Positions 25,372 to 36,640 of a DNA stretch of 64,000 nt are shown here, piece by piece. The notes beneath the pieces are model-generated. The model saw only the letters and a program-made list of their open reading frames with translations. It did no database searches and was not told where the DNA came from. A program made the translations under genes and the position numbers. Numbering within the stretch: the stretch's first letter is position 1; every line of letters begins with the position of its first letter. This DNA is from Nemertoderma westbladi (taxonomy: Eukaryota > Animalia > Xenacoelomorpha). The stretch spans positions 22,939-86,938 of the forward strand of contig JAUCBJ010004437.1 of NCBI GenBank assembly GCA_032718475.1, given 5' to 3'.

Positions 25372-25450
25372 CTCGTTTGTGGCTGATGATTCGGCTAGCT
25401 AGGTTACAGTTCTTGATGTTCAACTAGGGCGGCAGCTCGGATTTAGTTAC

Positions 25451-25988
25451 TGTGACGGGATCCAGGAGGGATCCCGATTTATCCGATGTGGTATTTAGTC
25501 CACGCGTCCCCGCCGTGTATAAGAGTGAAATAAAGATAACTGAGTTCTGAAGTTCGGTGTATAATAATAGGTTATAGGATATAGATATATTGTGAATTAT
25601 ACGGTAGGCGGGATACGGTAACTAAAGTCCCATGATCCCCTAACTAAACTAATTGGCTGTACCCTACGCTAGCACTGCTGCACTGAGATAACTGAATCAC
25701 TGATTAATAGGTTATTGGTTATATTGCACGGTGGCCTTACTGCTACTCAATCGATGCCATTCCCCCCTCTGATTGGTTAATACCCTTGTTGGCGCCCCGT
25801 GGAGTATTCCCGTTCACTCCACCTATTTCCTCTGGGTTAGGGGTTTGGCCCCTGACCCTCTATTGTGTGCTTCCTTCCCACTCTTATTGGGATGGCACGA
25901 GTTGGTTAATTGCCCAATCTCGTGGCTCCCAATATTGCTTATCGGCTTATAACTTTATGGGGTGTTGGCGGGATTGAATAAGCTAACA
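25451..25988 (-). repeat. 5' LTR of inner element
   Basis: Direct repeat of 11563-12100. TATAA-like box about 30 nt upstream of a TCAGT Inr-like motif near 25694 (minus strand). Confidence 0.98.
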
Positions 25989-28844
25989 TCGTCGTTGTTG
26001 TTCCATCATATATAACACTTTCTTATCCCAGCGTGTACCTACTCCACCCTTCGGTAAAGTAGAAGCCACTGCTCTAATAACCATAGCATTCTGATACTCA
26101 TGAGACTTACCTAGCCAATCTAATTGTCTGCAGATCTCCTGAATTTCATCGGAAAACTCTATAATTCCGCTGCTAATAAACTTTCGGGGCGCTACCAACT
26201 TTGCATACAAATACCCAGCTATGTTATTCCTATTACCATACCTGATGTTTCGTGTATCCCAAACTTGTCTTAATCCGTCTGGATGTCCAATAAACTTTAA
26301 CGCCATTAACTTGGGAGATCCTTCCAAGCACTCGATGAGGAATCTAAGTTTCTCTCCATTAGATAGCACAGAGTTCTGTATGTTATCTTTGTAATATTCA
26401 TTAAAAGGTAACCATTTCATCTCATCTCCATTGAACTTGACGATCTCTCCCACCTTTACCGCTTGCCGGGCTTCGGTTCTAGCCATTTGACGCGTAAAAC
26501 TTTCTTGGGCCATCGTGTTGTTTAATATCGAGTTATCGGTATATAAATTTCTCGGATTATGATCCGGTCTATAGGGAATATCATTATCAACAGGTCTATA
26601 ATTACCCTTAATAGGGTTCACTATAGGAGTTTCTACTTCGCTAGCAGTATAGATGCGTGTAGGCTCCACACCTTGCGCATGAGATACTTCAGACCTAACA
26701 GGTTGACACATTGTTACAGGGGGTGGTGGTATACCGTTTTGTGTATTTACTAATTTATCGCGTTCTAGCGCGATACTTTGCTGCACTTCTTGCAACTCTA
26801 GCCTACTTTCCCTTACTGTGCCCTTGAATTGCTGAACGGTCTCCTGCATCTGTCCGAGCAGGAGATCCATCCCCCGTCGTCTCTCATCCACCCATTCGAC
26901 CACCGAAGCGGGATTCGCCAACGTTGTAGCGGGCGGACAAGGGACAACGGGCGACAAATCATGAATATTTCGCTCAGAGTCCAGGGCATGAACTGTCTCA
27001 TGGGCTGTTCTGCTGGGCACAGGTAGCTTGGTACTGTGCAAAGGGAATTTAGAGGTAGGTTCAGGGAGTACAGGTGTCTCTACCACCGAAAGGGTGGCTT
27101 CGGGAACAGGCCTAATTATTTCAGGCTCATCTACTATAGTAGGGAGTCTCTCTATTGTAATTATTTGGTCTGTGGGTTCTGTACTACCTAAGTTGGTGTT
27201 ATTTAGTTGCCTTCTAACAGCTGGAGGCAAATCAGGCAATTTCTGACGGTGGGATGTTCTTTTACGTCTGCTTAGGTGAGATCTATTTCCTTTGCCTTCA
27301 GTATCGGTGGTATTGCCTTCCTCAGATGATGTATATCCCTGTCTTTTGGGAGTAGATCGATTCATCATCTACATATTACTAGCTGTTAACTGTTTATTTA
27401 TGCAGTCTTGATTCTCCTGAATATTTTCCAATTCTAATTGGGCAATCTCTTCAGCCGCTATCCGCTCCGCTTCTGCCGCTGCTCTTGCCGCTTTTCTTTC
27501 CATTTCGGCTGCTTTTCTTTTCGCTTCTGCCTCTGCCGCTGCCGCTTTTCTTTTCGCTTCTGCCTCTGCCGCTGCCGCTTTTCTTTCCATTTCGGCTGCT
27601 TTACTTTCCTCTTCGGCTGCTTTCCTTTCGGCTTCTGCAGCTGCTACTGCTGCGTTCTTTCTGTCTTCTATGCGTTTTTTCTTCACCCTTTCTTCTTGGT
27701 CTCTAGCGATGCAGAGTTGTTCATCGAATTTAGCTTGGTTCGCCGCTAACCTATCCACGCCGATGGCGTCAAGCACACGCTGTGCTCCTTCACTATTAGG
27801 GCTAAGTCCATTTAGCCTTCTCCTCAACTCTTCATCTCCCAAAAAACGCTGATAGTCTGACAGATAGATGTCAATGGCATCCCTCTTATGCGGTTTCTCT
27901 GCCGTCGCTTCACTTTCCACTTGGGAAAAAGTAGCGTCTGTTGATTCTCCATGGGTTGAGCGCTCCTCCAGCTGAGCTTTCCACTGAGCTGTTCCTTGAA
28001 CCTGGAGACTCACCCGTTGAAACCAAGTCTTTACGGCAACTTGCAACGACGTGTCTTGTCTTCTTTTAGAAGCCTCTTCAAAGGCTGATAATATTAGCCT
28101 GATTCGCAGAATTCTTTCTCTAACTTGATAAAGCAGTTGTCCCTGCTCTTGAGGTCCTTGAGGTTGTTGAAATAGTTGTTCTTTTACTCGCTCCATAGAG
28201 CTGAAGAATCCCTGTGCGTATCCGGCTGCGGACCTCTTCCACATAGCTGGATCGATGGTTTCCTTGGCTACTCCCATCCGGTGTATGTCTTCCCAGGCAG
28301 CTTCTGATAAATCAAACGGGAGTCCGGGTCCGGGGAAGTTCCATTGCGACTCGACCATAGACTTCAGTTCTTCCCTTGTGTATCCCTCATAACTATCTTT
28401 AGTTGATCGCTTACTTCTCGCCCAATCGATCTGGTGTTCTTCCACCGCGATCAATAACCTAGTGAGTACGGCTGCAGGAAGGATGAGAAGGGGATCCGAA
28501 TAAACCGCATCCGTCATCCTTGCTCTGCGCTCGGGTGTCAGCTCTACAGTATCTTCACTACTGGAGCTGTCGGGCCGCTGAGAAATAAGTTCTTGACTCG
28601 CGGGTTGTTGCTGTTCCGCTGCTTCTTGGTCCCGCTTGACCTGAGCTCGAGTGCCTATGATAGACCTATGATGTTGGACCAGCCTAGGTTCTGTTATTAC
28701 TACTGGAGGGATGACCTTCCTCACAGTGGGAGGTGAACTGAACTTAGGACTAGACGGTTCTACACCTCTATCTGAGTCGCAGATAGTTACATCTAATAAA
28801 CTGTCTGACAGGTTCTGCTTAGTATCAGACATGTTGGTTTGCAC
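25989..28844 (-). pseudogene. Outer element gag N-terminal part (coiled-coil extension plus BEL gag core) with one in-frame TAG at 27369-27371
   Basis: ORFs 27369-28844 and 25983-27368 abut in frame (ATG TAG ATG ATG). IVKFNGDEMKWLPF..EKLRFLIECLEG is the BEL gag core motif. Truncated by the inner LTR. Confidence 0.9.
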
Positions 28845-30169
28845 AGTTGAATGCCTACTGCTATATTACAGTCTAAGCAAGTCTAGTAATTCAGAATTAA
28901 CTGCTAGCCTAGTAATTAATTACCGATACTGCTACTCAGTGTAGCGTGATATATATATAATGTTAGAATACCGGTATGCTTATGGTATATATAAGTATTA
29001 TTACAGACTAGGTTTTTTACAGAATACCGGTATATAATTTTAGCACAAATATATATAAATATATATAATAGGCCTATCGTGGATACCGGTATGCAGTTTA
29101 CACTTATATAAGTATAATTATTAACTAAAATTAATTACAGAATACCGGTATGATTTCAGCTTAAGTTTATGAAAATAAAGATAATAAGCCTATTGTAAAT
29201 ACCGGTATATCAATTATTTTAAATAATTGAATTTCTGAATTTTAAGGGTTACTTGGTTACTTTAACTTACTTTATTACCGTTATTTAAGCAGTAGTCCAA
29301 CTGATATTGAGACCTAATTGTTATATGGCAGGCCTACTATTTATAAATCGTTTGAGTTGATTTATAATATATATATACCCGTTTAATGGGTTTTGTCAAT
29401 GTTTGAAATAAATGTTATTATTTCTGGGGGAGTCACTACACATAAGCTGTGCGCTCTCAGTGGAGTGCTACTTGTTAGACACTAAAACAAATAATTCTAA
29501 TTTACCTAAGTTACTTAATACTACAAATTACGTACAATTCGGGTTGAGATTACAATCTCTAAATAAACACAAAAAATTTAATTACAAATACACAAATACA
29601 AATTTTTAGGGTAATTTTACAAGAAGTCTACTAACCAGCCTAACAAAGGGTTAGAATATCTGGTTATTACAACGGACAGGTTACTACGGTATTTGAAAAT
29701 AATAAGTAGTAGTAAATATACTGCGTTGTCCAGATAGGAAAATACCACCGCCTGACGACCTATAACCGTATCGCTATAGGTACTACGTTATGTATCACGG
29801 AGTGTCCCTACCTAGAAGTTAATTACTGCGGTCTACCAGAACCAACGTGCCTATTAACCACTTTACAACACAAATACACTGCCTACACACTAATTGCTTT
29901 CGGAAAGCACTGTACACTAAACCCTAAATTAGGTACAAGTACTTGTATGACAAATAATTAGTAGTTAAAAATACTTGAACAGCTAAAAGAACCACGGTAT
30001 CTGCCGGAGTGACCAAAGCACAAAATCTCCAGTCTTTACCTACGCCGAGCAGCCCTGATGTAGTACCGGGGTTAGTTTAACTATAACGGTATGTATAACA
30101 AACACAATTACTGTAGGAATAAACTTGGGGATATGAATGTTGCGAATAATCGCATAAACTCTGAATAAT

Positions 30170-30740
30170 AAATATTACACTACGCGTACAGACTATTCAA
30201 ACAAAATGCAGACCAAATACTGACAGACTACTATCAAGCCTAAACAAACTACGGTATATGCAGACTCCGAAATGGTTAAGTAGTATGCGTTCTAACCCAG
30301 TAGTACGACTTATTCTTTAGATGGGGATTTACCTTACAGCTATGGCTGCCCCTACTTCCTAACCGTTCTTTATTGGACAGATGATCTACACACACCGAAA
30401 TTTCCTCAAACCCAACAGCAGCCAGACAACTATCCAGCCTACAAATTATCTAAATAAAATTATACGCTACCCGTACAGACTACACAAACAAAGTACAGAC
30501 CAAATGCTGGCGGACTCCTATCAAGTCTAAATAAACCACAGGACATGCAGACTCCGAAATGGTTAAGTAGTATGCGTTCTAACCCAGTAGTACGACTTAT
30601 TCTTTAGATGGGGGTTTACCTTACAGCTATGGCTGCCCCTACTTCCTAACCGTTCTTTATCGGACATACACTCTACATGTACTGCAATCCGTTCAGACCT
30701 AATCAACAGTTAGCCAACAGTCAAGCCTACAAATTATCTG
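30170..30740. repeat. About 287-bp tandem duplication in the outer element's 5' leader
   Basis: cagactccgaaatggttaag.. starts at 30261 and 30548. Confidence 0.9.
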
Positions 30741-31020
30741 TACAATCTGAGCAGGCTTACACGCCTTCTGCTCAATACTGGCCTATAAATAAATAAAACT
30801 GACAGAAATAAGTAAGCTCCAAAAGAAACAAGGGGTGTACAGTCCCTAATCTCTTAAACAGCCTACCGGTATACAATACCACAATCGAATAATACTGCTG
30901 TACTTGTACTGTAAGTAAGTACCGGTCCGGATGATCAGGCAGTCAGGCCTACTGGTTACCGGTCGACCGGTACTTTCGACTAGATTGCTTACACCGCAAT
31001 CCAGAAGCAATATCTGTTAT

Positions 31021-32167
31021 TGTTTGCGCTTTTAAGACCTTTGACAGTTTAACCTGCCAAATTAGGATGTCTTTTAGATGATATATAGTCTTTAGCCTAT
31101 GACGAGTATTTAGCCATTAGTCATTAGCCGAAGCCAGTCTATGCGCAATCATTCACCCGCTGGATATACCCGGGAGACTGAATTCGGAAGCTTAATGATT
31201 GATGGTGTAAGCCTACTGTATTATTCGACTGATCGTAATATATAATCTCTGACAAATATTATTCACTTTCGGGAAATATTAACAGTTCCTTTAGGACGTG
31301 GCGCTCTAAATATGTAAACAGAGTTATGACTTAAACTAGACACAACGAAAAGGCTATAGATTCACGTATATGGCGCATTCTTTAGGAGATACTTTGTTAT
31401 CAGTTACACTCATACACAATGCTGCACAATACTGCACACTAATCTGCCGACCTTCACTAAATTTGGTCACGTATAAAGAGAGCAACATACAATTTATGTC
31501 GGGCATATGAAATAGCATTAGATTCACTTCAAACCACTTAACATAGGTCGCAATCGTTTATCTGTAACCGGTCTCTCTAACCTTTAGTATATCAAGAAGA
31601 TTGGGATGTCGGACTATTGATCAGTATTCCAAATATAATCTTCCATCAACAAATATAATGAATAACCGACAGTAAAAGCAGTAATATTAGTAATTTATGG
31701 ATAGTGAGTGAGTAAGTGAGTAGATAACAGATATACGTTCTATAATTAAGCCTACTAATGTAAGAATAAAGACTGAAACACGGAGGTGCCAAAAGCCGGT
31801 GTTCTTAGGCTCTGGGCAAAAACATAACACTGAACTACTGAGTTTCTGTATCCACCTCCAACACAGAGACAAAAAACGCTCTGATTGGTCAACCGAACAA
31901 CAAGAGAACAAAGAAACAAAGAAATGTCGACGTGGCAATATCAGCTGTTAGCCGTCATCATGGTAGCGACACTGTTTTCAAGAGTATCTAGCTTATCGCG
32001 TCACGAGATTGCGGATTATGTCCTCTAAAGTACAAATACAGAAGAAATGACTTTTATGTCCTCTAAAACACCAGTGCAGTAAGGACACGGCCCTTTTATG
32101 CCTGGTAAACCAACCACAGAGTACTTTACGGGGAAAATAACCGGCTAATTACGCAAAAGCTTTTACA
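31021..32167 (-). repeat. 5' LTR of outer element (1147 bp)
   Basis: Direct repeat of 1866-3017. Confidence 0.97.
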
Positions 32168-32958
32168 TGTAGGCTATGAATAAAGAAAATGTTTTTTTAT
32201 TTTTGTACCTAATCCAAGCTTCTTGTTCCTTAATCCTTATTTTGGATTTGACGATTCCATTTATCCACTTAGGTTTACTGCCTGACTTAGTTGGAATGTT
32301 ACGTTTACATGTGGAAACCAGCTCTTTGTGAAATAGGTCCCATAATGAATGTATGTCTAACTGCTCTAAGATGAAAGCCCAATGTGGGTGTGTTGATCAT
32401 GAACTCGTCATTGGTCAGGATTAAATCTAACAGACTAGGGGCACAGCCATTACGATACAGAGTGGGTTTATCAACATGTTGGAAGAGAAAGTTGTCCTGA
32501 ATGCAAGATATGATATTGGTTTCAAAATTCTCATTTGAGGAAAGTGTAGTTCAACATGTATTAGGCATGTTGAAGTCTCACAATAAGAACATATCTTTCT
32601 TTGTTGGCGACACAAGCATTGTCAAGCAACTCGCATATGCCCTGTGTATTAGATTCTGGATTTGATGGACTGCGGTAGATGCATCCCATTACAAGGGAGT
32701 CTTTTAGGTTGCTGCTGTAAATCCTTGTCCATAATGATTCAAGTAGGCTGGTAGGTTGTTGTGTAGAGTTTCTAATGAAGGGAACTTTGTAGTCAGTTGC
32801 AATGCAACACACCATCCTTGACGACATAAATTATGATCCCACGATAACATTGTTTAATTTGAAAGTTAGTCTGAGTAGAATACCCAGCCCAAACAGCCAG
32901 TAATTATTTTCGGATATACAGTAGAAAGTGTTATGTATTTGGGTAAAACTAACACCTC

Positions 32959-33002
<44 letters not shown>

Positions 33003-33110
33003 AATTATATCAGGATTGCTATCTCAAACTGAGACCTGAAGTTCAGAGAGTTTATTGAGTAGGTTGTCTGCATTAGTGTACACGATCCTCAGATTATGAT
33101 TATCCGTAAT
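32168..33110 (-). mobile_element. Degenerate CR1-type LINE ORF2, AP-endonuclease region (right part)
   Basis: LRIVYTNADNLLNKLSEL..PDIIAI..TEV, LESLW..GCIYRSPS, KPKWIN; multiple stops and frameshifts. Confidence 0.8.
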
Positions 33111-33569
33111 AGATATTTGAAATGCCCCAGAGTGGTAAAACGAACTCAGATCCTGCGGGCCTGACTTTGATGAACTTAGATCTTTGTGAACTTAGGTCCT
33201 ATATAGGTCCTAACTATAGATCCTAACTGGGTGAACGTAGATCCTAACTGGGTGAACTTAGATCCTAACAAGGTGAACTTAGATCCTAACAAGAGAAGAT
33301 TAGAGAAGAAAGCTAAGATAACTTAGATCCCACGTGTACTGTGCGTTGGCCACGTTCTATCGATACTATATAATATATTTGTACTGTGTTACATTAAGCA
33401 TATAAAAGTACTTATAATGATCTAATGCAAATAAGTCATACACTCAAAGTAGATGCGATCAGTGACTCCCCAACAAACTATAATTTGCCCATTAATAGCT
33501 AATTTGTTGCAATGTATTATGATGGTAGGATCTAAGTTCGTTTCCCATCAAGTTGATAATATTTACAGT

Positions 33570-33856
33570 ACTGCTACTACTACTTGGATCGGCATGCTGC
33601 ATTGCAGCTGCATTTTTAAGAATGCTGTGCCGGCTTGTCAACAAAATTGCACCGCCACAACTCCCTATCACCCATGACATTTGCTAGATCATCCGCATCT
33701 TTAAGGCCAGTGTCCTTTAAGATGCGTCTCAAGAAAGTCATGGGCTGTCCACCATGCTTATTCACTCCATGAGGCTGCCAAAGTACAAGATTATGCACTG
33801 GCTGGTCCTCACGGCGAAAGCAATGTCCTGCAAAGCGGAGGCGATTTTGTTCTAGT
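33570..33856 (-). mobile_element. RTE-like LINE 3' fragment
   Basis: Matches 55325-55640 (HNLVLWQPHGVNKHGGQP..DRELWR); (TAG)n tail. Confidence 0.85.
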
Positions 33857-34475
33857 GTACTGCAGTAAAGTCTGAAGGTCCTGCGATGGCCTACAGGCCT
33901 ATCTGCCTATGGCAGTATGGCTGTAAGGGAATGACATTTCACATTAACACAGCCACGCTACAGCAATATATAATATAATAATAATATACTGTATGTAAGG
34001 TGGGATCTAAGTTCGTATAGTCTGGTCGATTTAGGAGCAATTTTAGGTATACCAGGAAAAAAATGTTACTAAGCCAAGTTTGGTATAATTAGAAGCGCAA
34101 ATGTATGCTCTTTAAGAATATCGAAAGTCCTCCGCAGCATACCTTGGGCAACTTTTTTTATAGCCATTTTCGTGAACCCTATCCATAAGTATAATTAATT
34201 AAAATTTACTTGATCTTCACTTGGAATATTTCCTTGTTGCTAAGAGACAATGTAATAATTATTCTGAAAATATAATGGGGTATGGTAAATTCCATATAGA
34301 CATCATCTCAACATTTCACAATAAAAAATTCCGTTCTTTCGTCACTTTCGGGCACCGGTAGAACACTAGCTATTATGGTAGCTAGCTAATTTTTCAAAAA
34401 ATTCAATATTAATTTTTTTAAATGGAAATATTTCATGATGAATTTATTTCATTATGAAAGTCTAGAACAGCAAAG

Positions 34476-34895
34476 TTGTGGCTTTCTTATATTGAGTGTG
34501 TTAACACCCTGAAGTTGTTCATTCGTGCAGAGAGAACTGGAGATTGGAATACGCATCTTGTAGCAGTTGGGAGGATCATAAATATATTTGCGGCAACAGG
34601 ACATTTTAATTTTGCGAAGAGTACTCACTACGAAGAGTCTTGTATTTGCAATGGATACTGGAATTGCCTAAAAAAACACCAATGGTTCTATCGGCAGTTC
34701 TCACAGTATGGGTTTCACTCTGTGCGGCGCAGTGATCGTTACTGGGCCAGCTTATGGACTAATCTTATCATCGAACAAGTCATGATGAGATCTATCAAGA
34801 GCAGAGGAGGTCTTACTAGAGGGCGAGGGATTACAGAATCTGTTAGATTGATGTGGGTATACAGTATCCATGAATGTGCCATGAATGAACATTAA
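34476..34895 (+). pseudogene. Transposase fragment (Academ-like)
   Basis: FIRAERTGDWNTHL..FAATGHFNFAKS..HSVRRSDRYWASLWTNLIIEQVMMRSIKSRGGL; superfamily assignment from memory. Confidence 0.65.
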
Positions 34896-35173
34896 TTATT
34901 ACAGGTATGGTTTAATAAAAGGTGTATAGATGCAATTGTTCCACTAATTTTGATTTTATTTTTTTCTATAACTACAGTAACACCGGTAGCCTACCTACAT
35001 TACATAAGCAGACTGTATAATGTGTATATTATACACTTTTCAATATTTATATTATAAATTGATTATATTTAATAATTATTATATATTTTGTTTAATAAAC
35101 TATCATTCCTTCAATTTATTAATTGTAATAGAGGGAATAGGAGTTACCATTGTAGGAGTAGGGGTGGTCCCTT

Positions 35174-35846
35174 TGTAAGCGGATTCAATTCCCTTGCATT
35201 ATCCACCCGAAAATGGGACCAGTGGCATTTTACCAATACAGTTGGCGATACGAGATTACCAATAATATTCTCGCCTCATAACCAACTTTGGGGGAGGGGG
35301 GCGACACAAGCCCTAAAGCCACAGAGAGAGGTGAGAGGTCAAACCACCTCGGAGGGAGAACACAGTTAGTGAAGGCTATCGGTGGGGGGAAACACTCACA
35401 GGGAGTGCCAAAGTGACAATTAGTATATAAGCCAATAGCAGGCAGGGGAGCACGTGAACAGAGATAGGAAAGCATCCATTGGGTACAGAAGGCCAAGTAG
35501 AGTAAGATGAGGTGAAACCAATATCTATGTGTATCAATCATATAGTTATTCTGTATTACTGGTTTACCGGTCAGTTCATTAATCGCAGAGTTGCAGACCG
35601 GTTATAGTTTTTGACTGTCATCACCAACCAGTATCTATTACTGATTTACTCCTGTATTCTGTATTACTGATTTATCGCAATCACATACTAATTCTGTGCT
35701 ATTATCATTTGGAACATTAACATTGAGGAACACAAACTCTGTTATTTTCCCCTACGGCTTTCAGCCAAAACGACATTAGCTCAGCAGCCCAGCAGGATGG
35801 TGACGCGTACAAATCTAACCCGGTCGGGATCTACGATCCCGTCACA
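35174..35846 (+). mobile_element. Solo LTR (673 bp) related to the inner element's LTR
   Basis: TG..CA ends, TSD CCCTT (35169-35173 and 35847-35851). Ends TGTAAGCGGATTCAAT and GATCCCGTCACA resemble inner LTR ends TGTTAGCTTATTCAAT and GATCCCGTCACA. Confidence 0.88.
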
Positions 35847-36250
35847 CCCTTTGCCTCAAGATGGCGAAATCGATGGTAGATATGGTGAATCTAACGGTTG
35901 CCATAGTAACTGAGACTTGAAAATATTATCAATGAATTTTCCATAGTCGATATAGTGGGGTTAGGAGTTGGTCCCGTTGCCTCAAGATGGCCAAATCGAT
36001 GGTTGATATGGCTAATCTACCGGTTGCCATGGTAACTGAGAATTGAAAATATGTTCAATGAATTCTCCGTTGGCGATATAGTGGGGGTAGGAGCTAGCCC
36101 AGTTGCTTTAAATGTATTTATATCTATTCTTATTTCGGTTGCTATGGAAACGGGATTCGTGAGAGTTGCCCACCCTATTGAAGAGAGGACTTTTCAGATT
36201 TCGAAAGAGGGGATCTTAGTGATTCGAAACATACCAAATATAGCTTAGAG

Positions 36251-36640
36251 TTACGCCAACAGAATGAAAAGACTGAACTGTAAATCACTAGAGGAGCGAC
36301 GTATACAGATAGATCTGGTAGAAATGTATAAGATTATACGTGGCCTGTCCCCTCTCAGTGGTAAAATTATGTTCAAACCGACCATCTCGTCTAATCGTAG
36401 TAATGGTGCAGCTATCTTTATTCCAAGGTCATCTAACTGCATACACCAGAACCATTTCAGTGTCCGTAGGATATCCGTGTGGAACAGTTTACCATCTAAA
36501 GTAGTCCTCGCTAATTCCCTAAATGTATTTAAATCGAATCTAGAAACCGTAAATTTAATTATGCATTGCAGCGGTTCTTGGAAAAACACATTTAATGATG
36601 TCTATACCCCGCCTTCCATTGTCACCAAGTAAATACATTA
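36251..36640 (+). mobile_element. CR1-type LINE 3' end fragment
   Basis: SLEERRIQIDLVEMYKIIRG..HFSVRRISVWNSLP..SLNVFKSNL. Confidence 0.85.

Larger units (their letters stand above)
11563..25988 (-). mobile_element. Inner BEL/Pao LTR retrotransposon (14.4 kb), very recent
   Basis: 538-bp LTRs 11563-12100 and 25451-25988 with one mismatch seen (11744/25632). TSD TCGTC at 11558-11562 and 25989-25993. Removing the element restores the outer reading frame (..MEQQRR|DPTMADLMSF..). Confidence 0.98.
1866..32167 (-). mobile_element. Outer BEL/Pao LTR retrotransposon, full length, interrupted by a nested element
   Basis: Near-identical LTRs 1866-3017 and 31021-32167 with TG..CA ends. 5-bp TSD TGTAG at 1861-1865 and 32168-32172. 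gag-PR-RT-RH-IN order with BEL-type motifs. Confidence 0.97.

Noticed and set aside
16782-25427. Many plus-strand ORFs opposite inner gag-pol and the exonuclease ORF
   Set aside because: Antisense shadows of GC-rich coding sequence with no motifs.
30921-30937. TGATCATCCGGACCGG resembling a tRNA-Tyr-type PBS
   Set aside because: Only about 11/16 match to the remembered motif, lacks TGG, and lies more than 80 nt from the LTR.
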